A DNA stretch of 63,589 bases, counting the filler, from Chiloscyllium plagiosum (taxonomy: Eukaryota), in NCBI RefSeq assembly GCF_004010195.1. It is 5 parts of one record of this genome, joined end to end, with 100 filler letters (N's around TTAATTAATTAA, not from the genome) between each part and the next. Parts side by side here need not be neighbours in the genome. Positions count along the whole stretch, not along the records: positions 57,087 to 63,589 come from NC_057714.1; 4 more parts are not named here. The stretch is one strand, 5' to 3'. Within the stretch, counting starts at the first letter, position 1; each line of letters starts with the position of its first letter. The notes below the pieces were generated by a model. The model saw only the letters and a program-made list of their open reading frames with translations, searched no databases and was not told the origin of the DNA. This document shows, piece after piece, positions 63,509 through 63,589 of this stretch. Position numbers and translations under genes: made by a program.

Positions 63509-63589
63509 CCGCCTCAGGCGACTGACTGTGTGGAGTTTGCACGTTCTCCCCGTGTCTGCGTGGGTTTCCTCCGGGTGCTCCGGTTTCCT
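63509..63589 (+). mobile_element. HE1/V-SINE fragment (runs off the window)
   Basis: gtgtggagtttgcacgttctccccgtgtctgcgtgggtttcctccgggtgctccggtttcct V-domain. Confidence 0.85.

Overview
Vertebrate nuclear DNA, almost certainly a shark (elasmobranch): it is dense in CR1 (HER1-type) LINE fragments, HE1/V-type tRNA SINEs and Penelope-like repeats. The assembly is fragmented, with four artificial 100-bp N-TTAATTAATTAA-N contig spacers and several plain N gaps. Three conserved genes are partly present, with exons recovered by hand from splice sites and phases: the last two exons of PPP1R16A (+, ending in CaaX CCKMM), the last six coding exons of WDR97 (-), and three internal TPR-region exons of TONSL (+). 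All three orthologues lie in human 8q24.3. Two compact single-CDS-exon genes stand out. One is a 394-aa rapunzel-family ORF (60734-61918, +). The other is an unannotated-looking 105-aa Arg/Lys/Cys-rich ORF (10475-10792, -) with a perfect Kozak and a double AATAAA, a candidate new sperm nuclear basic (protamine/transition-like) protein. Also present are four Penelope-type repeat families carrying hammerhead-ribozyme cores, one Penelope-type insertion that captured about 190 bp from 9 kb away, two solo LTRs, perfect hairpins and inverted duplications, and several minisatellites. Gene identities rest on recalled protein similarity, not on a database search.
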